The position numbers and the translations under genes were made by a program. DNA of 38,391 nt from assembly GCF_006345805.1 (NCBI RefSeq), contig NW_021835774.1:1-38391 (forward strand). The letters run 5' to 3'. Under the pieces are notes generated by a model. The model saw only the letters and a list, made by a program, of their open reading frames with translations, did no database searches and was not told the origin of the DNA. The DNA comes from Octopus sinensis. Lineage: Eukaryota. Of the stretch, positions 22,687 to 34,703 are shown in pieces (the first letter of the stretch is position 1; each line of letters opens with the position of its first letter).

Positions 22687-23122
22687 CAGTCTCCTGGTTC
22701 AACGACAAGACTACTCACTCACCATTGAGCTACAGCTAATATATTGGCTGAAACAAAAATAGTTTGTATAGTGCATCAATGCACAAACACATTGAAGAAA
22801 TTGGCAACTCTGCTGGAAAAAACAAACCTGATCAACCAAATATAACAGCAACTATTGAGTCATGATGGAATTATTTTAGTCAAAGACTTATTCGAGAGAC
22901 TTGACTTTCAGGTATTTGGTCAATATGGTTCTGCTCGCGTCTCAAACCAGTCGTATAGATATGACAAACTGAACACACTTCATCAACACCAAACACTAAT
23001 TTGTCAGACTCCATTTCGATTCTTATCTTTCTTTTACTGCTTTAGAAACATGTATATAAGTCTGTGTGTGTGTGTGTGCATGTATGTTTGTGTGTGTCTG
23101 TGTGTGTGTGTATATGTACATA

Positions 23123-23174
<52 letters not shown>

Positions 23175-23209
23175 AATAAATCCTCCTTACATATACATCC
23201 ATACATGTA

Positions 23210-23240
<31 letters not shown>

Positions 23241-23805
23241 CGTACCTCTGTGTGTGTGTGTGTGCATATGAGTATACATATATATATATATATATATTTA
23301 CATATATAAACCTTCTTTACATATACATCCATACATATATAACATGTATATCTATATGTGTGTGTATACATACATACATATATATATAAACCTTCATTGC
23401 ATATACACCCAATACATATATATATGTATACCTATATATGTGTTTGAAGGGGGATGTCTATAAGTGTGCTCTCACAAAAGCACAGACACATGTTATAGAC
23501 AAGCACTCATACACACACATACACACACATATATTCATTAGACAGATATAACAGATATCTGTGTGTGGGTGTATACACATATACACATACATTTATGTAT
23601 AGACATATATATATATATATATACACAGCATGTCAGTAGTCTAATGACTGAAACAAGTAAAAGAATAGAAGAATGTGTGTATATGTACATGTATGTGTGT
23701 GTGCACACACATATATACATACACCCACACACATATGTAAATATATGTGTGTACGTATCTATCACACATACACACACATCTATCTATATATATTTATATA
23801 CATAC

Positions 23806-23836
<31 letters not shown>

Positions 23837-23852
23837 ACATATATACATACAT

Positions 23853-23888
<36 letters not shown>

Positions 23889-24323
23889 CATAGATGTGTT
23901 GGCCATCTTGTATCTATAAGATCAAATAGCTGAAACAAAGAATTGTAATTCTATATTACATGACCAATTTTCAAATGAAACACATAAAAAAAAGCATCAT
24001 AAAACTGACAAACAATGCAAATAAATCTAAATACCAAAAAATTAGCATAAACATAGGAAAGTATAGAATAGTGTTAATGTTTGCGTAGGATTGTATAAAG
24101 AATAATAAAATGTCCTAATTTATCGGAACTCTGAAATATCCATCTGTTCGTATCACACGGCAATATAACATGGCAGAGTTCAAGGAATCAATAAAGACTG
24201 TCTATATATTATAATATTAGATGATTAATTGCCATTGAAGTTAATCTCCTAAACACCTTACATATCATCAGTTGCACAAAGTATCAATGACATTTCTGTT
24301 AGTTCTTTAATGCTGACATTCAT

Positions 24324-24847
24324 AGGTGCAGATGTGGCTGTGTGGTAAGAAGCCAGCTTCCCAACTATTTGGTTCAGGGTTCAATCCCACTGTGAAGCAT
24401 CTTAGACAAGTACCTTCTACTAAAGCCTCAGGCAAATGAAAGCCTCGTGAGTGGATTTAGTAAGCAGAAACTGAAAGAAGCCTGTCGTGTATATGTGTCT
24501 ATTGAGCGAAAACGCCTAAAGATCCACGCGGTTCCAGCCAGGGAAATGTAAATATATGCCAGCCTCGCCTGGCCCCCGTGCCGGCGGCACGAAAAAAAAC
24601 AAAAAACAAAAAAACATCCGTTCGTGGCCGTTTGCCAGCTCTGTCTGGCACCTGTGCAGGTGGCACGTAAAAAGCACCCACTACACTCACGGAGTGGTTG
24701 GCGTTAGGAAGGGCATCCAGCCGTAGAAACACTGCCAAATCTGACTGGGCCTGATGAAGCCTCCCGGCTTCACAGACCCCAGTTAAACCGTCCAACCCAT
24801 GCTAGCATGGAAAACAGATGCTAAATGATGATGATGATGATGATGAT
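24324..24847 (+). mobile_element. Chimeric SINE: family A head plus family D body and (GAT)n tail
   Basis: A-type head to aaactgaaagaagcctgtcg (about 24490), then attgagcgaaaacgcctaaag (E/V-type block), then the D body. Confidence 0.8.
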
Positions 24848-25471
24848 ATATATATATATGTAAATATTACATTATATAATTAGGGCTCAGTAAAATAATT
24901 TACTTTACCACACACTGAAACTTTTAGAAATAGCAGCCAAGAAGTTTTTTTATATAACATAAGTAACAAGGATGTCAAGGTATTAGTGCATTACAGCCAT
25001 TTCAGGTGGCTCCATTTAATCGAACAATGCAAGCATTACATCAATTTCAAATACACTGCCTTCTTTGGATGCATATGATCATACGGGTTTTCAACATACA
25101 GGATACTCCATTATAATTTTTTAGCAAATATTTCATCAGAATTAGAGAATAAAAGAATTACATGCTTGTTGCTATTATTGTAGCAGAATGAGCTTAGGGA
25201 GAAAATACTCCAATTATAATTTGGAGTCCTACCACAATATAGTATGAATGTGGCAACTTCCTTGGCATTAAGCAATATGCTTGGAGATCCCCATCAACTA
25301 TATGGTATGACAGAAACATATATGTAGGTTCTGTTTTTGTTTTTTATCTTAATTTTTTTAAGCTGTCAAATTCCAATCAATCTGTTTATTTATTTGTAAT
25401 GTGTTTTTAAAAAAAACAATCATCTTTTTACAAAATGCAAATAAATCAGTAATATCATCCATTTATTCTCC

Positions 25472-25517
<46 letters not shown>

Positions 25518-25518
<1 letters not shown>

Positions 25519-25900
25519 TCATCATCATCATCATTTAACGTTCGTTTTCCATGCTAGCATGGGTTGGACGGTTTGACCGGGGTCTGGTAAGCCATGAACG
25601 CTGCATCAGGCTCAAGTCTGGTTTGGCAGTGTTTCTAAAGCTGGATGCCCTTCCTAATGCCAACCACTCCATGAGTGTAGTGGGTGTTTTTTACGTGCCA
25701 CTGCCACAGGGCCAGAGGAGGCTGCCAAACAGCCAGTATATATATATGATAGGCTTCTTTCAGTTTCCATCTACCAAATCCACTCAAGGCTTTGATCAAC
25801 CTGAGGCTATAGTAGAAGACACTTGCCTAAGGTGCCATGCAGTAGGACTGAACACAGAACCATGTAACTGTGAAGCAAGCTTCTTCCCACACAGCCATGC
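25518..25900 (-). mobile_element. Chimeric SINE: family A head plus family D tail
   Basis: D tail/body 25518-25735 is contiguous with the A head 25745-25900, in one orientation. Confidence 0.8.
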
Positions 25901-26569
25901 TTTATTTAATATTATTTTTCCCCATTAAATGTTATTTTTCTTTATTTAATGTTATTTTCTTCATTTAATATTATATTTCCCCATTAAATATTAATATTTT
26001 TTTTATTCAATATTTTTTTCTTCATTTAATATTTCGCTTCAGTTGATGTTTCTCCATTTAATATTTTAATCATTTAATACTTTTTATCGCCTTTATTGTT
26101 TCTTTATTGAGTACTATATTTCTTTACTCAATATTGGTTTTTTTCCTTGTTTAAATATTACAGCTGAGATTGATTATGTCAATTCTAACAAGTTTACTCA
26201 TTTCTTTCATAAGAAACCTTACCAAAGTCTAAACGTCAATAACAACATTATTATTCCCTACTCTATTACACTCACAAAAAAATAATTTCACAATTTTCTG
26301 GCTGCTGCCACCACCACTACTGCTGCTGTTGTTGCTGTTGTTGTTGTTGTTGTTGTTGTTGTTACACATAGAAATTAAACACCCCAATGTAGAGGCCTGT
26401 AGAACATCTTTACACTTGCTAGAAATAAAAGACAAATTTCCCTCAAATCACACATTACCATCCTTTCCAAGAAAGTCAGAATTATATGGATTGGAACCAT
26501 CAATGTTTTGGATTGAGCATTGCTTACTACTATTGCATTGGAAGTCAAAAATTATCTTTTATCATTTAA

Positions 26570-27010
26570 CTTGCTTCAGTCGTTGAATTGTGGCCATGCT
26601 GGGGCACCTCCTTGAAGAATCTTAATCGAATGAACCAATCTCATACTCATTTACTCTTTTACTTGTTTCAGTCATTTGACTGTGGCCATGCTGGAGCACC
26701 GCCTTTAGCTGAGCAAATCAACCCCAAGACTTATTCTTTGGAAGCCTAGTACTTATTCTATCGGTCGCTTTTTTTGCCAAACTGCTAAGTTACAGGGACA
26801 TAAACACACCCCCACCGGTTGTCAAGCGATGTTGGTGGGACAAACACAGACACACAAACACACACACACATACATATATATATATTCATAAGCTTGATAC
26901 TTATTTTATTAGCCTCTTTTGCCAAACTGCTAAGTTACAGGCACATAAACACACGAACACCAGTTGTTAAGCAGTGGTGAACAACAAGCACAGACACAGA
27001 CACACACTCA
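26570..27010 (-). mobile_element. Cluster of family A 3' halves/tails
   Basis: Repeated tggccatgctgg.gcacc tail blocks and tttgccaaactgctaagttacagg blocks. Confidence 0.75.
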
Positions 27011-27094
27011 TATACATATATATATATATTATATATATATATATATGTATGTATATATATATATATGTGGATATATATATATACATATATATAC

Positions 27095-27126
<32 letters not shown>

Positions 27127-27142
27127 GTATATATATATATGG

Positions 27143-27236
<94 letters not shown>

Positions 27237-27416
27237 GATTAAGGTGGCTAGATGCAATTCAAAACCAAAGAGGGAAAATTTAACCATCACTAAAACTGAC
27301 TAAGGGGACATGGAAGCATCAACATTGCTAGAAATAAGTGTCAAAGATTCTCCTAATACATTTGTTTGTTGTTCTCCCACCTGTCTTCATTTTGTTTCTT
27401 GTAAATCTGAACTAAT

Positions 27417-27702
27417 CAGTGATTAGGGCAGCGGACTCGCAGCTGGAGGATCGCGGTTTCGATTCCCACACCGGGCGTTGGGTGTGTTTATTGAGCAAAA
27501 ACACCTAAAGGTCCACGAGGCTCTGACAAGGGGTGGTGGCAGCCCCTGTTGTACTCTTTCATCCCAACTTTCTCTTACTCTTTCTTCCTATTTCTTGAGT
27601 AACGCTGTGATGGACTGGCGTCCCGTCCAGCTGGGGGAACACATACGCCACAGAAACTGGGAAACCTGGCTAGGCTTGAAAAGGGCACATAAATAAATAA
27701 AA
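27417..27702 (+). mobile_element. SINE with a tRNA-Arg-like head and a V-domain-like 3' body
   Basis: Head agggcagcggactcgc...ggtttcgattccca is shared with 32527-32897; the 3' half contains gctgtgatggactggcgtcccgtccag, resembling the V-SINE central domain (by recall, not by search). Confidence 0.7.
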
Positions 27703-28083
27703 ATATATATATATATAATACAAAATGGGACAAGAACGCAAAACATCTAGACAGTTAGGTGATACAAAAATGGGACAACAAAACATCCAGATAGACGATA
27801 CAAAGAAAACAAGGACAAGTCATTCAAAGTTTTCTTTCCTCAGTCGAGTACCAGATTATCTTCACAATTTCAGCTGATTATACTCGAGATTGCTCATGTC
27901 TGAAAGTCTTTATAAAAAATTTACTTAATCCAGTTTTTAAGCATAAAGGGGATTTTTTAAAAAAATGAATTTTTAAAAAAGTTATAAAATCTATTATCAG
28001 GATGTTACTACCTTTTTGGAAGAAGTTTCTTTTTCTAGTTTGTGAGCACTTTTGATTAACCTTTTCAGACATACATGCTCTTA

Positions 28084-28120
<37 letters not shown>

Positions 28121-28214
28121 TTCATCATTTCATAATGTTGAAATGTTAACCCCAACACTTTTTCTCTATTCGGTTTTGGTGTTTTATGTTTTCTCCCTAT
28201 TTTTTTATCCTTTC

Positions 28215-28345
28215 AATCCATTCTACCGAAGAGCGTAGGCTCAAAACATTAAAGACTTTTCCATTCTACCCAAGCATCAAACTAATACATTTGTTTGTTG
28301 TTCTCCCACATGTCTTCATCTTTTGTTTTTTTTTGTAAATCTGAA

Positions 28346-28350
<5 letters not shown>
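28215..28350 (+). mobile_element. Penelope-like terminal remnant
   Basis: Degenerate hammerhead-like accgaagagcgtaggctcaaaacatt, followed by a tail (28282-28350) that is duplicated at 27353-27416. Confidence 0.5.
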
Positions 28351-28392
<42 letters not shown>

Positions 28393-28414
28393 TATTATAT
28401 ATATATAATATATA

Positions 28415-28450
<36 letters not shown>

Positions 28451-29196
28451 TGTATGTATGTATGTATGTATGTATGTATGTATAATCAACTGAGAAATGT
28501 TTCACTGAAGAAGTATAATAAGACCGAAACATGTCCATTTCTTTCATTAGTTGGCTTAAAAAAAGAACCGGACCCACTACAATTTATATTGTCTATATTG
28601 TCCAAACATTTTAGCTAGCTGCTGTTATTGGAGTTACATCCCTTGGTTATTGTTGGCATATTTTAAAAAACACCCAAAACGAGGTTTTGTCTACTCACGG
28701 CAAGGAATAATCCCAGCTGATCGAAGTTTTTCAACTCATGATATTACATATGCGAGATCCTAGCAAAGAGAAATGTTACCATGGCAATATGAGTTGGTTT
28801 CACTACTTATTCACTCTTCTTCTCCCCACTTCTCTCTCTCTCTCTCTCTCTCTCTCTTTTCCCTTTTCTTCGTTTCTTTCCGTTTGTTGTTTCGCGTCTT
28901 CTTCTCTTTCTTTCTTTCGTCGTTTCTTCTTACTTGTTATCAAAGACTTAGGTAAAGAAATAGATAAATCCACTGCTCGAAGGTTCTGAGGGCAGAACGG
29001 AAGCTGATCTGAACTTATTGATTCTTAATGCCATGTTAAATGAATCAGATGATGTAGCCAGTTGATAGATGAGTATCAGATGATGGTAGAGTTTGAGAGC
29101 AGAGCAAGACGAAGATAAAGCAAGCGAGAGATGTCAAAGTGATGCAAGTTGCTACGTATTAACAAAGATCACTTATATACACTCACATATCCGCAC

Positions 29197-29199
<3 letters not shown>

Positions 29200-29234
<35 letters not shown>

Positions 29235-29770
29235 CATAACATAATGCATACGTACGTAAGTTCGTACATACATACAAAACATACATACATACATACATGC
29301 ATGCATACATACATACATACATACATACATACATACATACATACATACATACATACATACATGCATATATACATACATACATACATACATACATACATAC
29401 ATACATACATACATACATACATGCATACATGACATACATGACATACATACATTCATACGTACGTATGTACATACATATATACATATATACATAACACAAA
29501 TATACATAAGTACGTATGCACATATATATATTTACATACATACGTGCATACCTACGCATACAAATCATACACATGTACGTACGTACATACATACATACAT
29601 ACATACATACATACACAGATACATAAATACATACATACAGGCATACACACACACATATCCACACACACACATATATACACACACAAACAGGCATACATAC
29701 ATGCATACATACACACACATACATAGATATATGCATACACACACACACACGCACACACACACACATGAAG
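29200..29770. repeat. (CATA)n/(CA)n/(TA)n microsatellite block
   Basis: Directly visible. Confidence 0.95.
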
Positions 29771-30103
29771 TGTAAAAATCTGTACAACTTTCCAGAAGTT
29801 TAGCATTTAAATATATATGTGAGCATGTCTAGATATGCAACTATACGCATGAGAATACATACATAAGGCAAAACATACAAATCTGTACACAAATACACAC
29901 AAACAAAAATACAATGTTGTTGATGTTGAAATTCCAATGAAGGAGCCTTGAATCTAGGTTAGAAACCAGCTCTTTCTCTATCAGCAAGAAATATTGAAAT
30001 GAAACTGAACAGCGATATACATACATACATACAACATACATACATACATACATACATACATACATACATACATACATACATACAAAAATATATACATACA
30101 TAT

Positions 30104-30500
30104 AGTCGCAGGAGTGGCTGTGAGGTAAGTAGCTTGCTTAGCAACCAAATGGTTCCGTGTTCATTCTCACTGCGTGGCACATTGGGCAAGTGTCTTCTAC
30201 TATAGCCTTGTGAGTGGATTTGGTAGATGGAAACTGAAAGAAGCCCGTCGTATATATGTATATATATATAAATGTATGTGTGTGTATATGTTTATATGTT
30301 TGCGTTTGTCCCCCCAACATCGCTTGACAACCGGTGCTGGTGTGTTTACTTCCCCGTAACCTAGCGGTTCGGCAACAGAGACCGATAGAATAAGTACTAG
30401 GCTTACAAAGAATAAGTCCTGGGGTCGATTTGCTCGACTAAAGGCGGTGCTCCAGTATGGTCACAGTCAAATGACTGAAACGAGTAAAAGAGTAAAAGAG
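30104..30500 (+). mobile_element. SINE family A, full length
   Basis: Same architecture as 19515-19920. A second, 5'-truncated copy of its 3' half lies at 30701-30892. Confidence 0.9.
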
Positions 30501-31354
30501 TATACATACAAACATACAAACAAAAATGGATACATACATGTTTCGTTTCCTTTACTGCGTTTTCTTAATTTACTTTAACCAGAACGGATTTTCGTCCCTT
30601 GGTCTTTCAATAAGTAACTAGTGTTTAGTGTGCATTTAGTTGTTAAGTGCAAGCTACAGCACCGTTCCTATAAATGAAGCACACATTTTTCACCGAGAAA
30701 CGCTTGACAACCGATGCTGGAGTGTTTACGTCCCGGTAACTTAGCGGTTCGGCAAAACAGACCGATAGAATAAGTACTATGCTTACAAAGAATAAGTCGT
30801 GGGGTCGATTTGGTCGGCTAAAGGCGGTGCTCCAGCATGGCCACAGTCAAATGACTGAAACAAGTAAAAGAGTAGAAAAGAGAGTAAAGAGTATATACCA
30901 CCCTGGCCATATCTCAGCCTACCGGCATTTACATGCGGCATATCTTTCGATATATGTGCTTGGTAATGTTTATTGCTCTATCGCAGCTTCTAAATCATAG
31001 TTGAATTTCTTACGTATGCATTTTCCAGGCATATTCACACACCGTGTGCGCGCTATAAGCATATAACTCGTGGATTGGCGATATGATTCAATTTTCGATC
31101 CCGTTCGGGTCAGTGATGTTGATATGCCACAAAAATGGTGAAGCGTCGATGTCCATCACTCTTAGATGGGATTAGAGGAGGAAAGTCATCTCGCCTTCCA
31201 TAACATCCAGGTGTTGTAACACCCTGCACTGTGAGAGAGTATTCTCCGTCTCTCCAAATCGCAGCCGACCGACAAATACACGAAGCGTATACGTTAAGCT
31301 TATGTGGTTGATGATGTTTACTACACTAGCGCAGCATCTCTTTCATATTTGAAT

Positions 31355-31569
31355 ATACATGCATACATACATACATACATAATACATGCATACATACATA
31401 CATACATACATACATACATACATACATACATACATACACACATGTGTGTGTGCGCCCGCGTGCATGTATGTATGTATGTATGTATGTATGTATGTATGTA
31501 TGTATGTATGTATGTATGTATGTGTGTGTGTGTATGTATGTATGCATGTATGTATGTATGTATGTATGC

Positions 31570-31602
<33 letters not shown>

Positions 31603-32003
31603 TGTATGTATGTATGTGTGTATGTATGTATGTATGCATGTAGGCATTGCATATGCATATATGTATGTATGTATGTGGTGTGTGTATGTATGTATGCAAT
31701 ATAGTATGTATGTCATGTATGTATGCAAGGTATGTATGATACAGTATGTATGCATATGTATGCATGTATGTATGCGATATATGTATGTATGTTATGATGC
31801 TATGTATGTATGTATGTATGATGTATGGCATGTATGTATGTATGTGTGTATGTATGTATGTATGTATGCATGTATGTATGTATGCATATATGTATGTATG
31901 CATATATGTATGTATGCATATATGCATGTATGTATGTATGTATGTATGTATGTATGTATGTATGTATGTATGCATATATGTATGTATGTATGTATGTATG
32001 TAT
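31355..32003. repeat. (CATA)n switching to (TATG)n microsatellite block
   Basis: Directly visible; the orientation flips at about 31440-31465. Confidence 0.95.
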
Positions 32004-32252
32004 AAAAAAATCTATTATCCAGTATGTTCTTCCATTTCAAAGATTACAGAATGTGATTTTGAATGATTTCCTCGTCACTAAGTCGATCAGCCCTGCAGAA
32101 GCTCTCTTCTTCGCTCGTTTTGCTAGCTTTGTAGCATAAAGCTGATAATAGATAAATCTCCTCTGAAACAGAATAGCGATTGTCAAAGGAACAATGGCGG
32201 GGCCTCTACGTGGTCTTTCCACATGCAAGAAATAGCACTCAATTTTCTTTAA

Positions 32253-32473
32253 CCCTTTCGTTACCAACCTGGCTGAAACCGCCTCTGGCTCTGCAGTACA
32301 AATGTCTTGTTTTCATAAGTTTTGAATTAAAATCTTCTACCAAACCTTACTCACAATTTATGTTCCTATCACTAGTTTAATGATAACTAAGTTATTCTAC
32401 TAAATTCTTTGTTATATCTAAAATAATTGAGAGAAAAACAGAACATCTCAAAATAAATACAGTAACGAAAGGG
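32253..32473. mobile_element. piggyBac-type MITE (221 bp)
   Basis: TTAA|CCCTTTCGTTAC ... GTAACGAAAGGG|TTAA: perfect 12-bp TIR plus TTAA TSD. Confidence 0.9.
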
Positions 32474-32526
32474 TTAAAATCCGACCCCCACTGTCTTAAA
32501 AAGATTATCTAAGACATCATTAGATA

Positions 32527-32897
32527 TAGGAGCACTCCGTCGGTTACGACGATGAGGGTCCCAGCTGATACGATCAACGGAACAGCTTGCTCGTGGAATT
32601 AACGTGCAAGTGGCTGAGAATTCCACAGACACGTGTACCCTTAACGTAGTTCTCGAGGAGATTCAGCGTGACACAGAGTGTGACAAGGCTGGCCCTTTGA
32701 AATACAGGTACAACAGAAACAGGAAGAAAGTTTTGGTGAAAGAGTACAGCAGGGTTCACTACCACCCCCTGCAGGAGCCTTGTGAAGCTTTAGGTGTTTT
32801 CGCTCAATAAACACTCACAATGCCCGGTCTGGGAATCGAAACCGCGATCCTACGACCGCGAGTCCGCTGCCCTAACCACTGGGCCATTGCGCCTCCA
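32527..32897 (-). mobile_element. SINE family E with a tRNA-Arg-like head, full length with 13-bp TSD
   Basis: Head tggaggcgcaatggcccagtggttagggcagcggactcgcgg...gtttcgattccc; acatcattagata is duplicated at 32514-26 and 32898-910. Confidence 0.9.
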
Positions 32898-33040
32898 ACA
32901 TCATTAGATAACTAATTTCTGAAAATGAAGTTGCGATCTTTGTGCGTTAAATGAGTTATCAGTTTGTGCAAATGTATACTATATACTGTCTTAAGTTTAG
33001 AATCTTAAGGGGGTAAGTGTTAGTAATATAATTACTGGCG

Positions 33041-33667
33041 AATGGTGGTGAGCTAACAAAACCGTTAGAACGCCCTGCAAAATGCTTAGCGGTATTTTTT
33101 CCGTCGTTACGTTCAGAGTTGAAGTTCCACAAAGGTTGACTTTGCCTTTCATCCTTTCGGTGGGGTCGAAATAAAATAAGTACTAGTTGAGTACTGGTGT
33201 CGATGTAATCGATTTTGCCCCGAAATTGCTGACCATGTGCCAAAATTTGAAGCCTTAATTACTGGTGAATGCGGCGAGTTGGCAGAATCGTTATCATGTC
33301 GGACGAAATGCTTAGCGGTATTTCGTCTGCCGCTACGTTCTGTGTTCAAATTCCGCCAAGGTCGACTTTGTCTTTCATCCTTTCGGGGTCAATTAAATAA
33401 GTACCAGTTACGCACTGGGATCGATGTAATCGACTTAATCCGTTTGTCTGTCCTTGTTTGTCCTCTCTGTGTTTAGCCCCTTGTGGGCAGTAAAGAAATA
33501 GGTATTTCATCCGTCTTTACGTTATGAGTTCAGATTCCGCCGAGGTCGACTTCGCCTTTCATCGTTTCGGGATCTATAAAATGAGTACCAGCTGAGTACT
33601 GGAGTCGCTGTAATCGACTTATACCCTTCCCTGAAATTGCTGGCCTTGTGCCAAAATTTGAAGCCAA
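33041..33667 (+). mobile_element. Three tandem family C SINE units
   Basis: ggtatttc...ttacgtt..gagtt.a.attcc.c..aggtcgactt.gcctttcatc..ttcgg occurs three times (about 33090, 33317, 33501) with alternating tails. Confidence 0.85.
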
Positions 33668-34290
33668 AATAATTACGGGTGGATTAGATGGTGATTGGTT
33701 GTTTAATTTGGAGGAGTCAGAAAAGGCGAAGAAAGTGAGCGAAGTTAACTACAGTAGATTGAGAAAATTAAATATTCTATCGCACTTATTTTGCGTCTTA
33801 ACATACATGAAATACTTGCTTCGGAGATAATTTACTGCTTGATCAAAAGGAGGATTATACCAATTATTATTTCTTTAATTGCTTCCATGGAATATGATTC
33901 ATTGTTGTGTCTTCAATTATTTTCTGTGAAGCAGCTTTGGAAAAGAGCGTCGCAGAAACTGTAGAATCATTAAAAATTTGGGTTCTTTTTCGTTTTCTTC
34001 CAACCCCAAACGTCTGTGGCTTCCGATTGACTAAAACTACCCCGAATTTGCAAACTTTGAAAACTATTAACTTTTTGATTATTAATTTACGGTAAAGATG
34101 AATTTCATTTCTATTATTAATATACGAAACTATATCAATCAATACACTTAATTTGAAATCATTTGGAACAGAATTAAAGGAACTGAAAAGATAAAACCAA
34201 ATAGAAAAAATCCAAGATTGTTACACTTTTCTGACCCCAAACCACAACTTATTCATTTCTACTTTCACTTTCATTTTCATTAAGTTTATT

Positions 34291-34703
34291 CTTCTTTTAT
34301 TCTTTTACTTGTTTCAGTCATTTGACTGCGGCCATGCTGGAGCACCACCTTTTAGTCGAGCAAATCGACCCCGGGACTTATTCTTTTGTAAGCCCAGTAC
34401 TTATTCTATCGGTCTCTTTTGCCGAACCGCTAAGTAACGGGGACATAAACACACCACCAGCATCGGTTGTCAAGCAATGCTAGGGGGACAAACACAGACA
34501 CACAAACATATACATACACATACATATATATATACATATATACGACAGGCTTCTTTCAGTTTCCGTCTACCAAATCCACTCACAGGCTTTGGTCGGCCCG
34601 AGCTATAGCAGAAGACACTGCCCAAGATGCCACGCAGTGGGACTGAACCCGGAACCATGTGGTTGGTTAGCAAGCTACTTACCACACAGCCACTCCTGCG
34701 CCT
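34291..34703 (-). mobile_element. SINE family A, young full-length copy with 12-bp TSD
   Basis: attaagtttatt is duplicated at 34279-90 and 34704-15. Confidence 0.95.

Noticed and set aside
22855-23175. 106-aa plus-strand ORF (MSHDGIILVKDLFERLDFQ...)
   Set aside because: Half of it is microsatellite; the unique part has no recognisable homology and no good acceptor.
27810-27856. Minus-strand CTGAGGA-aagaaaacttt-GAAT-gacttgtc motif
   Set aside because: GAAA is replaced by GAAT and stem I is out of register; it may be a decayed PLE motif but is not supportable as a ribozyme.
3885-32897. tRNA-like sequences (Asp/Gly-like at 3885; Arg-like at 27417 and 32897; others)
   Set aside because: They are SINE heads without a complete acceptor stem and continue into SINE bodies; not called as tRNA genes.
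33041-33667. Regularly recurring repeats resembling a CRISPR-like array
   Set aside because: The units are about 200-bp SINE monomers with no unique spacers, in eukaryotic DNA.
7525-34685. ORFs such as ...GFFQFPSTKSTHK..EDTCPRCHAVGLNPEP and ...LAVFLQLDALPNANH
   Set aside because: They are chance frames through SINE families A and D, and recur wherever those SINEs occur.
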